Source: a virus. From it: 64,000 bases of DNA. The translations under genes were made by a program, and so were the position numbers. Below, piece after piece: positions 19,357 to 27,644 of the stretch. The DNA is taken from the IMG/VR virus record IMGVR_UViG_3300023717_000163; one strand, given 5' to 3'. The notes under the pieces are model-generated. The model had not been told where the DNA came from and did no database searches. It saw only the letters and a list, made by a program, of their open reading frames with translations. Numbering within the stretch: the first letter of the stretch is position 1; the number at the start of each line of letters is the position of its first letter.

Positions 19357-21414
19357 TTATATACTTGCTACGCCCCGGCCTTTATAATCGCTGAATTGGG
19401 CTATCAGGCTATCGGCATCTATTTCTGTATTTTCAACCTGTATCGGCTTTGCCGTTGCCTTCGCTATCCTTTTGGCGGTTTCTGCTTTTAGAACTACTAC
19501 CGGGGCGATGGCCTCTTTCTTAGTCATTGCGTCGAACTGGCTGATTAACTTATTTTGGTTTGTCATTATCAGTTTATCCGCTTCTGTCTGTTCGGCTTCG
19601 GCCGTATTGAAAGTTCCGACGTTACTTAACTTATCAAGCAATACGCCATTTTGGTAGATATAAACATCCCCCATGTTTCCTTCTTCATCAGGAAGGTAGT
19701 AGGCATCCACTTGATTATTATTCGGGGCAAGGCGGTCGAGAACTTCCGGGCTGCTCAACCAAAGATCGGTATAGTTTACGCGGCAATAACTGTTTCGCTT
19801 AATGCTCGTTTCCACATGTTCACCAATGAAACGGTACAAAATAGCCTTATCAACCGGTTGCAAAGTCGGGTTCATATTGCTTTCAAGAACCTGCCAACGC
19901 GTCATGCCGGGGTATTTCTTTTGATTAGGGTGTAGGGAGTGGTTGAACTCGTGAACGTCGTTCATATCTTCCTGAATAAGCTGTTCCCACGTGTAATACT
20001 GCTTTTCCTCGTAGGTATCGTTATATTCGTCACTTATCTTTTTGCTTTCGGCGCGGTATTTTTCATTTTTCGCGTAGAAGCGGCCTATTCCTAAATGATT
20101 TTTATGTTCAACACTGCGTTTTTTCGCACCGTTCAAGGGTTCTGCAAACTTTTCCTGTGAGTTTAATGGGGCGCAGAAGCGAACAAAAGGAAACATTGTA
20201 CCGGCTTTCAGAAAGCTATCTTTCCATTGACTCATAAGGTGGTTTTCCACTTCCACTTGTGCCGGGCAATTCCAACCGTTACGCTCCATCAGGCGGAACA
20301 TGTCGCGGAAACAATCCACCACTAAGTCAACGTTCTTGTTACGGTTGTAAGCAAAGCCGACTACGCATTGACTGGCTACGTCGTAGGCGTAATAAGCCTT
20401 TGGGCGTTGCTTGGTATCTTTCAGTTTACGCGGCAAATCCCGGTCGTCAAATGAAATCTTACTGAAAGAAAATTCCGGGGCGTGGCGGTGTACATGTGGG
20501 CGTTCATTGTGCATAAATGTGCTCCAACTCATAAGCCTGTGATTTATCAAAACTTGATTTTTCGGTTGGTTCAGATAGTTGTTTATAGTGGATTGACTAA
20601 GTTTGATCGGGTTGCCTTTCTTATCCACAAATTCCGCCGGGTTGAATATCTCGCCGGTTTCCGGGTTGCAAACAGTCAACTCACCGGCTATAAACATGTT
20701 GTACATTTCCCACACATTTTTATTCCACGGTTTATTCGGCTGTGTCGCCAAACTAAGCAGCAAATTTTCAATCTGTACGCTTACAAGCCTTGTATTCTGA
20801 TTACCAAACTTTTTGCTAATCAGGCTTATATAGCTATTTTCTTGAAAGTCCTTCACTTTCTTTTTGAAACGGTTTACCGAAAGCGGCAAACTGTGTCCGA
20901 ACTCTTTTTGAAAGAAGCTGATTGCACCGGCCATTTCTTCCCAGCGTATTTTGCTGCCTTGCATAACCGCCCGTTTCATCTTAACATCATTCATTAAGCG
21001 AATAACCGACTGCAAAGCAGAAGCATTCAAAGTATATTCCTGTTGTTGTTCCGGTTCTAAAGGCTTGCCGGATGCTAAACGGTAACGGGAATAAAAACTA
21101 CGAGCCGCGTCGTCCACCTCCCAATGCGAAGCGAACCAATTCCTTAAAATTTCAACATCCATACTTCCGTATTTTTGTTCAACTAATTTTTTATACTTAT
21201 CCGGAAGACTATCCACGGAAACAAGGGATTTTACCCCACGGCCTATACCTTTACAAACCACCTGTATTCTTTTACGATAAGCCAACTGATCGAAACAGCT
21301 AACTGTCATTATAGGAGCTTTCGTTACATCTAACTGATAGTCCCCTAAAAGTGGCCGGTCGTCACGCGTTAGGTCGTCTTTTGATATACACAATATTTTT
21401 CCGTAGTATTCCAT
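19357..21414 (-). CDS. Mu-like DDE transposase (MuA-like)
   Basis: 685 aa (Mu A is 663 aa). First large gene of the early operon, followed by a MuB-like ATPase, with a divergent repressor. The head module is Mu-type. DDE residues were not confidently placed. Confidence 0.5.
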   Translation of the reverse strand: MEYYGKILCISKDDLTRDDRPLLGDYQLDVTKAPIMTVSCFDQLAYRKRIQVVCKGIGRGVKSLVSVDSLPDKYKKLVEQKYGSMDVEILRNWFASHWEVDDAARSFYSRYRLASGKPLEPEQQQEYTLNASALQSVIRLMNDVKMKRAVMQGSKIRWEEMAGAISFFQKEFGHSLPLSVNRFKKKVKDFQENSYISLISKKFGNQNTRLVSVQIENLLLSLATQPNKPWNKNVWEMYNMFIAGELTVCNPETGEIFNPAEFVDKKGNPIKLSQSTINNYLNQPKNQVLINHRLMSWSTFMHNERPHVHRHAPEFSFSKISFDDRDLPRKLKDTKQRPKAYYAYDVASQCVVGFAYNRNKNVDLVVDCFRDMFRLMERNGWNCPAQVEVENHLMSQWKDSFLKAGTMFPFVRFCAPLNSQEKFAEPLNGAKKRSVEHKNHLGIGRFYAKNEKYRAESKKISDEYNDTYEEKQYYTWEQLIQEDMNDVHEFNHSLHPNQKKYPGMTRWQVLESNMNPTLQPVDKAILYRFIGEHVETSIKRNSYCRVNYTDLWLSSPEVLDRLAPNNNQVDAYYLPDEEGNMGDVYIYQNGVLLDKLSNVGTFNTAEAEQTEADKLIMTNQNKLISQFDAMTKKEAIAPVVVLKAETAKRIAKATAKPIQVENTEIDADSLIAQFSDYKGRGVASI

Positions 21415-21423
21415 AATGGTAAA

Positions 21424-21816
21424 CTATTGCAATTGGAGATCAGAAGCAATCTTTAATACTTCTTGCTGAAGGTTCATAAATTCGGAAACTGTCAAACCGT
21501 CCTCAATCTTTTTAACTTCACCATCAATTAATACGGCCGTCCGGTTCACATCCTTGTAAACAATGATTTTAACGCGATTGCTAAAAGTTTGCGTCATTGT
21601 ACCCTCCGATGTTTCATGTGTAGTTACCCAGTCCCTATAAACACCTTCACCCATTAATTCACCGCCTAACTCTTTGATGGCTGTATAGCGAATTTTGCGA
21701 GCCAATTCACTTTCACTCTCGAATGTTAAGGCTTTCCATACCATCACATCAGTACAATTAAATATCTGACGTAATTTGCCTTTGCTGGCTTTGTCTAAAT
21801 AAATGTGCTTTTTCAT
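21424..21816 (-). CDS. Hypothetical early protein
   Basis: 130-aa ORF. Confidence 0.45.
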   Translation of the reverse strand: MKKHIYLDKASKGKLRQIFNCTDVMVWKALTFESESELARKIRYTAIKELGGELMGEGVYRDWVTTHETSEGTMTQTFSNRVKIIVYKDVNRTAVLIDGEVKKIEDGLTVSEFMNLQQEVLKIASDLQLQ

Positions 21817-21823
21817 TGCTATA

Positions 21824-22033
21824 TTATTTTATAATTTCTATTGTACAATCATTCAACCGGCCTTCTATGACCGCCCTTGCATACGCCATTGCGCATTCGC
21901 CGGTAGCTGCTACTACAAATTCGGTTGCCCCCGTACCGGTCATGGCTATATCCTCGTGACCGTTCAACTTTTCCATCAGGTTCAGCATCTTAAACTGTTC
22001 CTGCTCATCAATAAACACTTTGATTGCTTTCAT
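21824..22033 (-). CDS. Small early protein (Ner-like position)
   Basis: 69 aa; first gene of the leftward early operon, divergent from the repressor. Confidence 0.35.
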   Translation of the reverse strand: MKAIKVFIDEQEQFKMLNLMEKLNGHEDIAMTGTGATEFVVAATGECAMAYARAVIEGRLNDCTIEIIK

Positions 22034-22172
22034 AATTCATTCTTTTAATCATTGAACTGTCGAGCGTTTTTCTTATATTTACCGCCCATTAATATCTTTA
22101 ACACGTTGCAAATATACAGTATTCTGTATTTTAAAGCAAGAAATAATAGAATTATTTTCAATATTCTGTATT

Positions 22173-22628
22173 ATGGATACAAAAAACGAAATATCGCACC
22201 GATTCATACAAGCGTATGAAGAATTACTGAAATGTGGATATGTTGCTGATAAAAAGGATTTTGCAAACAAGATAAATATCAGTGCATCAATGGTTACAGA
22301 AATTTCTAAGGGAAGAAGTAGTGTAGGTATATCTGCAATACAGAATATTGTATGTGTATTCGACATCTCAGCCGACTGGTTAATAACTGGTCGTGGTTCC
22401 ATGCTTTGTACAGAACAAAAACAGCCAGTATCTCAACCAGAAGTGCAGTCAGTTTTATCAACCGATGAATCTATTATATATAAAGAAATGTATAAGGAAA
22501 AAGATTTAGAAGTAAAAGACCTAATGGAAACTATTGGCTCATTGAAAGAACAGATCAGGCAACTGAAAAGGGAAAAGGGAAATTCTGTATCGGATGCAAC
22601 AGATTCGACACATGCAAGTGTAGGATAG
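22173..22628 (+). CDS. XRE-family HTH repressor (Mu c-like position)
   Basis: HTH (INISASMVTEISKGRSSVGISAIQNI) and a WLITGRG motif shared with two other HTH proteins at 62890 and 63662. Divergent from the transposase operon. Confidence 0.55.
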   Translation: MDTKNEISHRFIQAYEELLKCGYVADKKDFANKINISASMVTEISKGRSSVGISAIQNIVCVFDISADWLITGRGSMLCTEQKQPVSQPEVQSVLSTDESIIYKEMYKEKDLEVKDLMETIGSLKEQIRQLKREKGNSVSDATDSTHASVG

Positions 22629-22699
22629 AGTACGGACACACAATGTACATCAACAAGAAACTATAAAATTAAGCCACGCACGCGATTTATTCGCAGGTT

Positions 22700-22790
22700 A
22701 TAAACCAAACTGCTATCAATACATTGATTTTTAACTACTTACTCGCGTTTACGGATTGATTTTATTGATTAGCAATGTGGTAATTTCTAT
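22700..22790. repeat. Clustered short direct repeats (ATTGATT x3; CGCG(A)TTTA x2); candidate transposable-phage end or operator sites
   Basis: Seen directly: caatacATTGATTtttaac, cggATTGATTttATTGATTag, cgCGATTTATtcgc and cgCGTTTACgg, just past the repressor stop. Confidence 0.3.
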
Positions 22791-22984
22791 CTGTTTAAAC
22801 GTTTTTTTTTGTCAAAACAAGCCGTTTAATGTTGTTTTTATATATTTTACAAGCATTATATTACATTCTTTTGTAAGTCTTTTGTAAGTGTTTTAACATA
22901 TATTTTGTAGGTGTTTTATGTAGGTGTTTTTGTAAGGCATTCAAGTAAAACAAGATGTTAGAACACCAATAAAAAAGCCGTTAG

Positions 22985-23024
22985 AATACCATTTTAAAGG
23001 CATTCTAACGGCTTCTAATATCCA
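22985..23024. repeat. Perfect 13-bp inverted repeat (AAGCCGTTAGAAT..ATTCTAACGGCTT) with a 14-nt loop
   Basis: Seen directly. Preceded by a direct-repeat copy GTTAGAACACC. Terminator or operator candidate. Confidence 0.5.
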
Positions 23025-23037
23025 ATATAGCAATACT

Positions 23038-23256
23038 TTAACTTCCGCCTCTAATAAGGTGGGATTGCTTTATAATAGCCATTCTTGTAGGTATTGAAGT
23101 TCCATCGCATAACCCGGCATGTAAAAGAGTGCTTTTCTTTATGCCTATGCGTTCTTCGTCCAGCGTATTGAACACGGCGGATATGCTACCAAAGTAGAAA
23201 TCTCTTTTTTCAAATATCAGGTGTACATGTATCACCTTTGTTTCTGTCTTTCTCAT
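23038..23256 (-). CDS. Hypothetical protein
   Basis: 72-aa ORF in the gap between the two elements. Confidence 0.3.
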   Translation of the reverse strand: MRKTETKVIHVHLIFEKRDFYFGSISAVFNTLDEERIGIKKSTLLHAGLCDGTSIPTRMAIIKQSHLIRGGS

Positions 23257-23545
23257 GCGTATTTGGAAGTTTATTTTTGCAAAACTACCAAATAATAAGC
23301 ATTTGGAAGTTTTTATATCGTTAAACTACCAAAAAAGGAAAAATAAAAAACGACAAAAAAACAAGCCGCCGGAAGCCTCGTTTTGCGGCCCTATGACGGC
23401 TTTGTTTTTCGTATCGGGGAAATATAAGCAAAGTAAAGAGAAAAGTAAATGGCGGCCGGCGTTTGCTTTAATTAGATAACTTCAAGTGTAAAGCTAAAGC
23501 TAAGCAAGTGCAAAGCAAAAACCGTTTCGTTTTAAACCGGCGTTC

Positions 23546-23878
23546 GTGTCCTATCCTTCTGAAACGCCTATGAATAAAGGCTTTCCGTGTAGTTCTTCAC
23601 TATTCATATTTAAACCGCTTCGTTATGTGCCCCATAAATGTTCAGGCAAACTTTCTTTCGGTAAATTTACAGTTGTTACTCTCCATTTGCGGCATGATAG
23701 TGAATTGACTCTTGAAGTGGAGGATTGTGCCAAAGTTTTTGTAAGTGTATATGATCGGGCTAAACTACATGTAAGGCAAAGCGATGTGGCTAAAGTTTAT
23801 GTATATGTTCATGGTGGAAACTGTAAAGTTGAAACCGATGGCAATGTCATGGTAAGATATAAAATGAATGGGGATTAA
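23546..23878 (+). CDS. Hypothetical protein with an internally repeated beta-rich segment
   Basis: VFVSVYDRAKLHVRQSDVAKVYVYVHGGNCKV internal repetition. Confidence 0.3.
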   Translation: MSYPSETPMNKGFPCSSSLFIFKPLRYVPHKCSGKLSFGKFTVVTLHLRHDSELTLEVEDCAKVFVSVYDRAKLHVRQSDVAKVYVYVHGGNCKVETDGNVMVRYKMNGD

Positions 23879-24287
23879 CATGTGTTTTGCAACATCCTTA
23901 TTTATAGCCTTTTATATTCCTATATTATTTGAACGGTATCATAAATGACAATCAACATCTCGCCACAATACGGTAGATACGCGCATTATTTATATTATGT
24001 CTAAATTTTAGAGTAAATATAACTGTTTTTATTTACCGATTCTTACCGTTTGTTACTGATGTTTACCGAATTTATTTTATTGATTTTTAGGTTGTTGTAT
24101 GGTGAAAATATCGTCTTTATATTTGCGCTGGAAACAATGTTGTAAGGTTCATTACGTGGTTGTCATGAACTGGAGTAAAATATTATAGGGCATTCTCTTT
24201 GAGGCAGACAACCACATTAAGCTTCATCGGGATTTGCCCTTTCTCTTTACTATTATGTCAAGCGTGACTATTATATTAAGGAGGGTT

Positions 24288-24336
24288 CAGTAGGTACGAG
24301 TAATGGCGTATTGGGGTTCGATTCCCTGCCTACTAC
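24288..24336 (+). other. tRNA-like mini-element: acceptor-like stem, D-arm-like hairpin and T-arm (GGGGTTCGATTCCCTG), no anticodon arm
   Basis: agtagg/cctact 6-bp pairing, a tacg-AGTAATGG-cgta hairpin and a T-loop TTCGATT. The T-stem needs two wobble pairs. Confidence 0.3.
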
Positions 24337-24417
24337 AAGATCGGACAAAATAATTCCCCAAAAGCGGAGATGTCCGAGCCGCTGATGGGGAAAACATTAA
24401 CTTTATAGTGCAAAGAT

Positions 24418-24789
24418 ATGGAAAATTTTAATCAGTTAATACCTATTGATGAGGGAAAAGGTAAAAAAAGAACAATGACCTCCTTACAGATTGCAGAAAT
24501 TACGGGCAAAACTCATTCAAATGTAATGCGAGATATTCGCAATATCCTTGAACAACTGGAAGATAGACGACAATTCAGTTTTGAATTATCATCAAGACCT
24601 CAACCTATGCCAAACGGTGGAAGCAAAGAAGTGTCTTGTTACATTCTCACCAAAAAGGATTGTCTTCTTCTCGCAAGTGGTTATGATGCAAACTTACGAG
24701 CCAAAATTATTAATCGTTGGGAAGAACTTGAAGAAAACAAGCGTGAACTTTCCCGTAAAAGGGAGAAATCTTTGTTAAGTAAAATCTAA
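24418..24789 (+). CDS. Rha-family phage regulatory protein
   Basis: TMTSLQIAEITGKTHSNVMRDIRNILEQL matches the Phage_pRha signature. Confidence 0.6.
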   Translation: MENFNQLIPIDEGKGKKRTMTSLQIAEITGKTHSNVMRDIRNILEQLEDRRQFSFELSSRPQPMPNGGSKEVSCYILTKKDCLLLASGYDANLRAKIINRWEELEENKRELSRKREKSLLSKI

Positions 24790-24798
24790 ATTTATAAT

Positions 24799-25524
24799 AT
24801 GAAAACAAATCAAGAAATGGTGCGATACATTGATAGTTTTTCTGTGGTTCAGCGCACGAGTGATGGTTATTTTGACGGAACTGAATTGCTTCGGCAGTGG
24901 AATAATGTAGAAGGGAATCCGAGAAGGCAAATGAGTAAATTCTTAGAATCTGATAATACATCAGAGTTTTTGAAAGCTCTTGCAGAGGATGAAAGCCATA
25001 GAGCAAAAATGCTCATTGGTGAAAATCAACTACTTATAAAAGTTAAGGGTAGAAATACGAAAGAAGGCAAAACACCCGATAAAGTTTGGATGAATCCGCT
25101 TCTGTTTATCAAATTTGCTATGTGGATAAATCCGGCTTTTGAAGTCAAAGTATTACGGTTTGTGTACGATGAAATGATTCGCTATCGAAACGATGCCGGG
25201 GATGCTTACAAAGAACTTGGCTCTGCCGTTCAGAAGATAGTTCCTAAAGAGTTTATGCCGAAAGCAATGCAAAAGGTTGGGGAAGCATTGAATTGGGTTG
25301 TGTTTAACTCACATGAGAAAATGCTTCGCAACAAGCAGGGTGATGAAAGCAAACAACGCGAACTGTGGCAGCTTGAAAAGAAGGTGGCTGATTTAATCAA
25401 CGAGGGATTCATTACCAACTTCGATAATTTAATATCATACCTTAGAAAACAATATTCAAAAAGGAACTATCCTGCCGTGTTCCAATTACAGCAAGAAAAT
25501 ACAAATTTTATCCACTATAAATAA
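24799..25524 (+). CDS. KilA-N domain protein (antirepressor-like)
   Basis: N-terminal KilA-N-like region (SDGYFDGTELLRQWN) and WMNPLLFIKFAMWINPAFEVKV. Confidence 0.6.
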   Translation: MKTNQEMVRYIDSFSVVQRTSDGYFDGTELLRQWNNVEGNPRRQMSKFLESDNTSEFLKALAEDESHRAKMLIGENQLLIKVKGRNTKEGKTPDKVWMNPLLFIKFAMWINPAFEVKVLRFVYDEMIRYRNDAGDAYKELGSAVQKIVPKEFMPKAMQKVGEALNWVVFNSHEKMLRNKQGDESKQRELWQLEKKVADLINEGFITNFDNLISYLRKQYSKRNYPAVFQLQQENTNFIHYK

Positions 25525-25533
25525 TAAATCAAT

Positions 25534-25965
25534 ATGGAATTAGTAGAATTTATGAGCAACAAAGAATGCGTTGTAGAAACATTCAAAGTAAATGGTCTTA
25601 TTGCAAAAGACAATACGGTAACAGAGAAAGGTTTAATGGCTATACAGTTCTATTTAGATATGATAGAGCAAAAGAAGCCAGAATTAGAAAATTGTCAAAC
25701 GGCTTATATGTCATGTAGTGAGGTGGAGGAATGGGAAAAGAAAAACGCTGCGGCTTCGGTAAGTTTTGACAGCGGAGGGGTAGTCGAGTTTCTCCCGATA
25801 GAAATGTTCTCAAAAGATGCTAAAATAGAAAAGGGAGGTGGCATAAAAGGTATGCTTATTTCAATGTGCGATTGCGCATGTGAAGATGAAATATCCGAAA
25901 TAGTATCTTCAAATGATGAAATTCGTAAATTGAGAGATGCGCTTAACAAATATCTCGAAAGCTGA
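25534..25965 (+). CDS. Hypothetical acidic protein
   Basis: 143-aa ORF. Confidence 0.45.
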   Translation: MELVEFMSNKECVVETFKVNGLIAKDNTVTEKGLMAIQFYLDMIEQKKPELENCQTAYMSCSEVEEWEKKNAAASVSFDSGGVVEFLPIEMFSKDAKIEKGGGIKGMLISMCDCACEDEISEIVSSNDEIRKLRDALNKYLES

Positions 25966-26078
25966 ATACTTTTGGCTAAGAGTGGCAAAATGCACAAAAT
26001 AAAATTGGGCTGACTTTGGAGCCAGCCTAATTATAATTTATACGCGAAAACATTAGCCAGATTATGTTAGCTCAATAT

Positions 26079-26660
26079 TTAATGGTAGTCAGCGTTAAAA
26101 GACGTACTAATATCTTTATATTTAGAATATAATTTGATTTTATAGATATTATATGTTCCACGACCATTAAGTATAGACTTATCTACGCTTTTATTTGCGG
26201 ATTTAAATATAAAATAATAATTACCATAAGGGATTGTAGTTTTATATTTTCCCGTATTGTCAATCGTACAACTATATTTTACTTTATTTGATTTGAGAAT
26301 ATCAACCAAACATATAGCTAATTCACCTTCTCTCCTAATTTGTTCTTCAGCGGAAATGTAAAAGTCATATTCTTTTAATTTGGCTATTGCTTGTTCTTGC
26401 CCAACAAGTTCTTTCCATTTGATGTATTGTAACAAAGATTCATACCCCATTTGTATAGAGTCATTTTTTAATTCAATATCTTGTTTGAAATATTTACATG
26501 GTATAATATATAATTTTGCACCAATATCGGCTTTCGTACCTGAACCATTGTCGTAAGTTACAAGCCCATTTACAGATGAATAACTAATCTGTTTGTTCTG
26601 CGAATAGGAAGTAAAACACATAATAGTATAAAGCAAAAAGAATAATATATTTTTTTTCAT
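26079..26660 (-). CDS. Secreted protein (signal peptide) in an AT-rich island
   Basis: MKKNILFFLLYTIMCFTSYSQ signal. Local GC is much lower than in the flanks. Confidence 0.5.
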   Translation of the reverse strand: MKKNILFFLLYTIMCFTSYSQNKQISYSSVNGLVTYDNGSGTKADIGAKLYIIPCKYFKQDIELKNDSIQMGYESLLQYIKWKELVGQEQAIAKLKEYDFYISAEEQIRREGELAICLVDILKSNKVKYSCTIDNTGKYKTTIPYGNYYFIFKSANKSVDKSILNGRGTYNIYKIKLYSKYKDISTSFNADYH

Positions 26661-26863
26661 TTCTTATGTAATTTATTTAATAAATATTTTATGTCATTCT
26701 TGAATCTTTTTATATTAAAACGATTTTCGGGAAAATCGACATAGAAGAAAAATAGCAATGTTGAAAATGGTAGTATGACTACATAAAATATAATCCAATG
26801 CCACCCAGTAACACTAAAGCAGATCAGAAGAATCACTACTATCCAAACTAAAACTCCTAACAT
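26657..26863 (-). CDS. Small two-TM membrane protein
   Basis: 68 aa with two hydrophobic helices; ATGA-coupled to the secreted-protein gene. Confidence 0.45.
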   Translation of the reverse strand: MLGVLVWIVVILLICFSVTGWHWIIFYVVILPFSTLLFFFYVDFPENRFNIKRFKNDIKYLLNKLHKK

Positions 26864-27125
26864 ATAATAACCTCTTTTATAATTAAATACAAAAGTATTA
26901 ATAAATAAAATTATGACAAATGATATTTTTTATGTTTTTCAACATACACGTGGAAGCAAGTTAGGGGTTGAGTATAATAATCTACTAAAAAATACTTTTA
27001 TGGTATTATTTTCTATGATTATATAGAAAATACAATTATATTTGCGTTGAAATAAGATTAAAGTATAAGGCCATAGAGCTTGTTGTGGAGACTAAATATC
27101 TCTGCGGCAAGCTCTTTTTTTATAT

Positions 27126-27644
27126 GTGTATATGAACGAACCGTATTCTATTTTGATGCAGAAAACTACCGAGAATGCTCCGGTCAAAGACAGCTTGGTG
27201 CATTTTGGAATTGTGTGCACTGAATTTCCGTTCAAGCCGGGTGGGGAAACGAAAGATTTACCCAAACGGGATTGGCCGGATGAAGACGGTGAAGATACTT
27301 ACATACCCGATAAGCTGCTATTAAAGGCATACGACTTGGAAGCCGAGATGTGTTATAAGGGGGATTTGGGTACTGCATACGATAAAATTATGGCCTTTCA
27401 AAACTATCTCACGGGGGAGAATGGTGACGGTGCCACCTTGAAAATGTATAACTCGCACACGGGTATCGGGCGACAAGGACTTTACTTACTGGAGGTTGGA
27501 GATTTTGAATTTAACAAGTCCAATATGGATGAAGTCTTGACCTTCCCGGTAAAATTTAGAGTAACTGATCCTCGAACTCAAATAATCCCCTCGTATAGTG
27601 TTGCGGAACCGACAAAGATAGTTGCATTGGTTGAAAAAGTATAG
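27126..27644 (+). CDS. Phage tail-module protein
   Basis: 172-aa ORF opening the plus-strand tail block. Confidence 0.45.
   Translation: MYMNEPYSILMQKTTENAPVKDSLVHFGIVCTEFPFKPGGETKDLPKRDWPDEDGEDTYIPDKLLLKAYDLEAEMCYKGDLGTAYDKIMAFQNYLTGENGDGATLKMYNSHTGIGRQGLYLLEVGDFEFNKSNMDEVLTFPVKFRVTDPRTQIIPSYSVAEPTKIVALVEKV

Noticed and set aside
19357-21414. The 685-aa protein as a site-specific integrase
   Set aside because: No R..HxxR..Y tyrosine-recombinase or serine-recombinase motifs were found. Its size, operon position next to a MuB-like ATPase and the divergent repressor fit a MuA-type transposase better.
22860-22940. CRISPR-like array from the TTTTGTAAG repeats
   Set aside because: The repeats are about 10 nt long, contiguous and degenerate, with no spacers, so they are not CRISPR. 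No CRISPR array was found anywhere in the window.
23255-23479. Lys/Arg-rich 74-aa ORF in the inter-element gap
   Set aside because: Low-complexity product (KRKNKKRQKNKPP) in an AT-rich non-coding stretch with no RBS.
24367-24391. GGAGATGTCCGAGCCGCTGATGGGG resembling the 5' end of a class II tRNA (Ser/Leu)
   Set aside because: No D-stem pairing and no downstream anticodon or T arm. It sits in the RBS region of the Rha gene, so the resemblance is probably coincidental.
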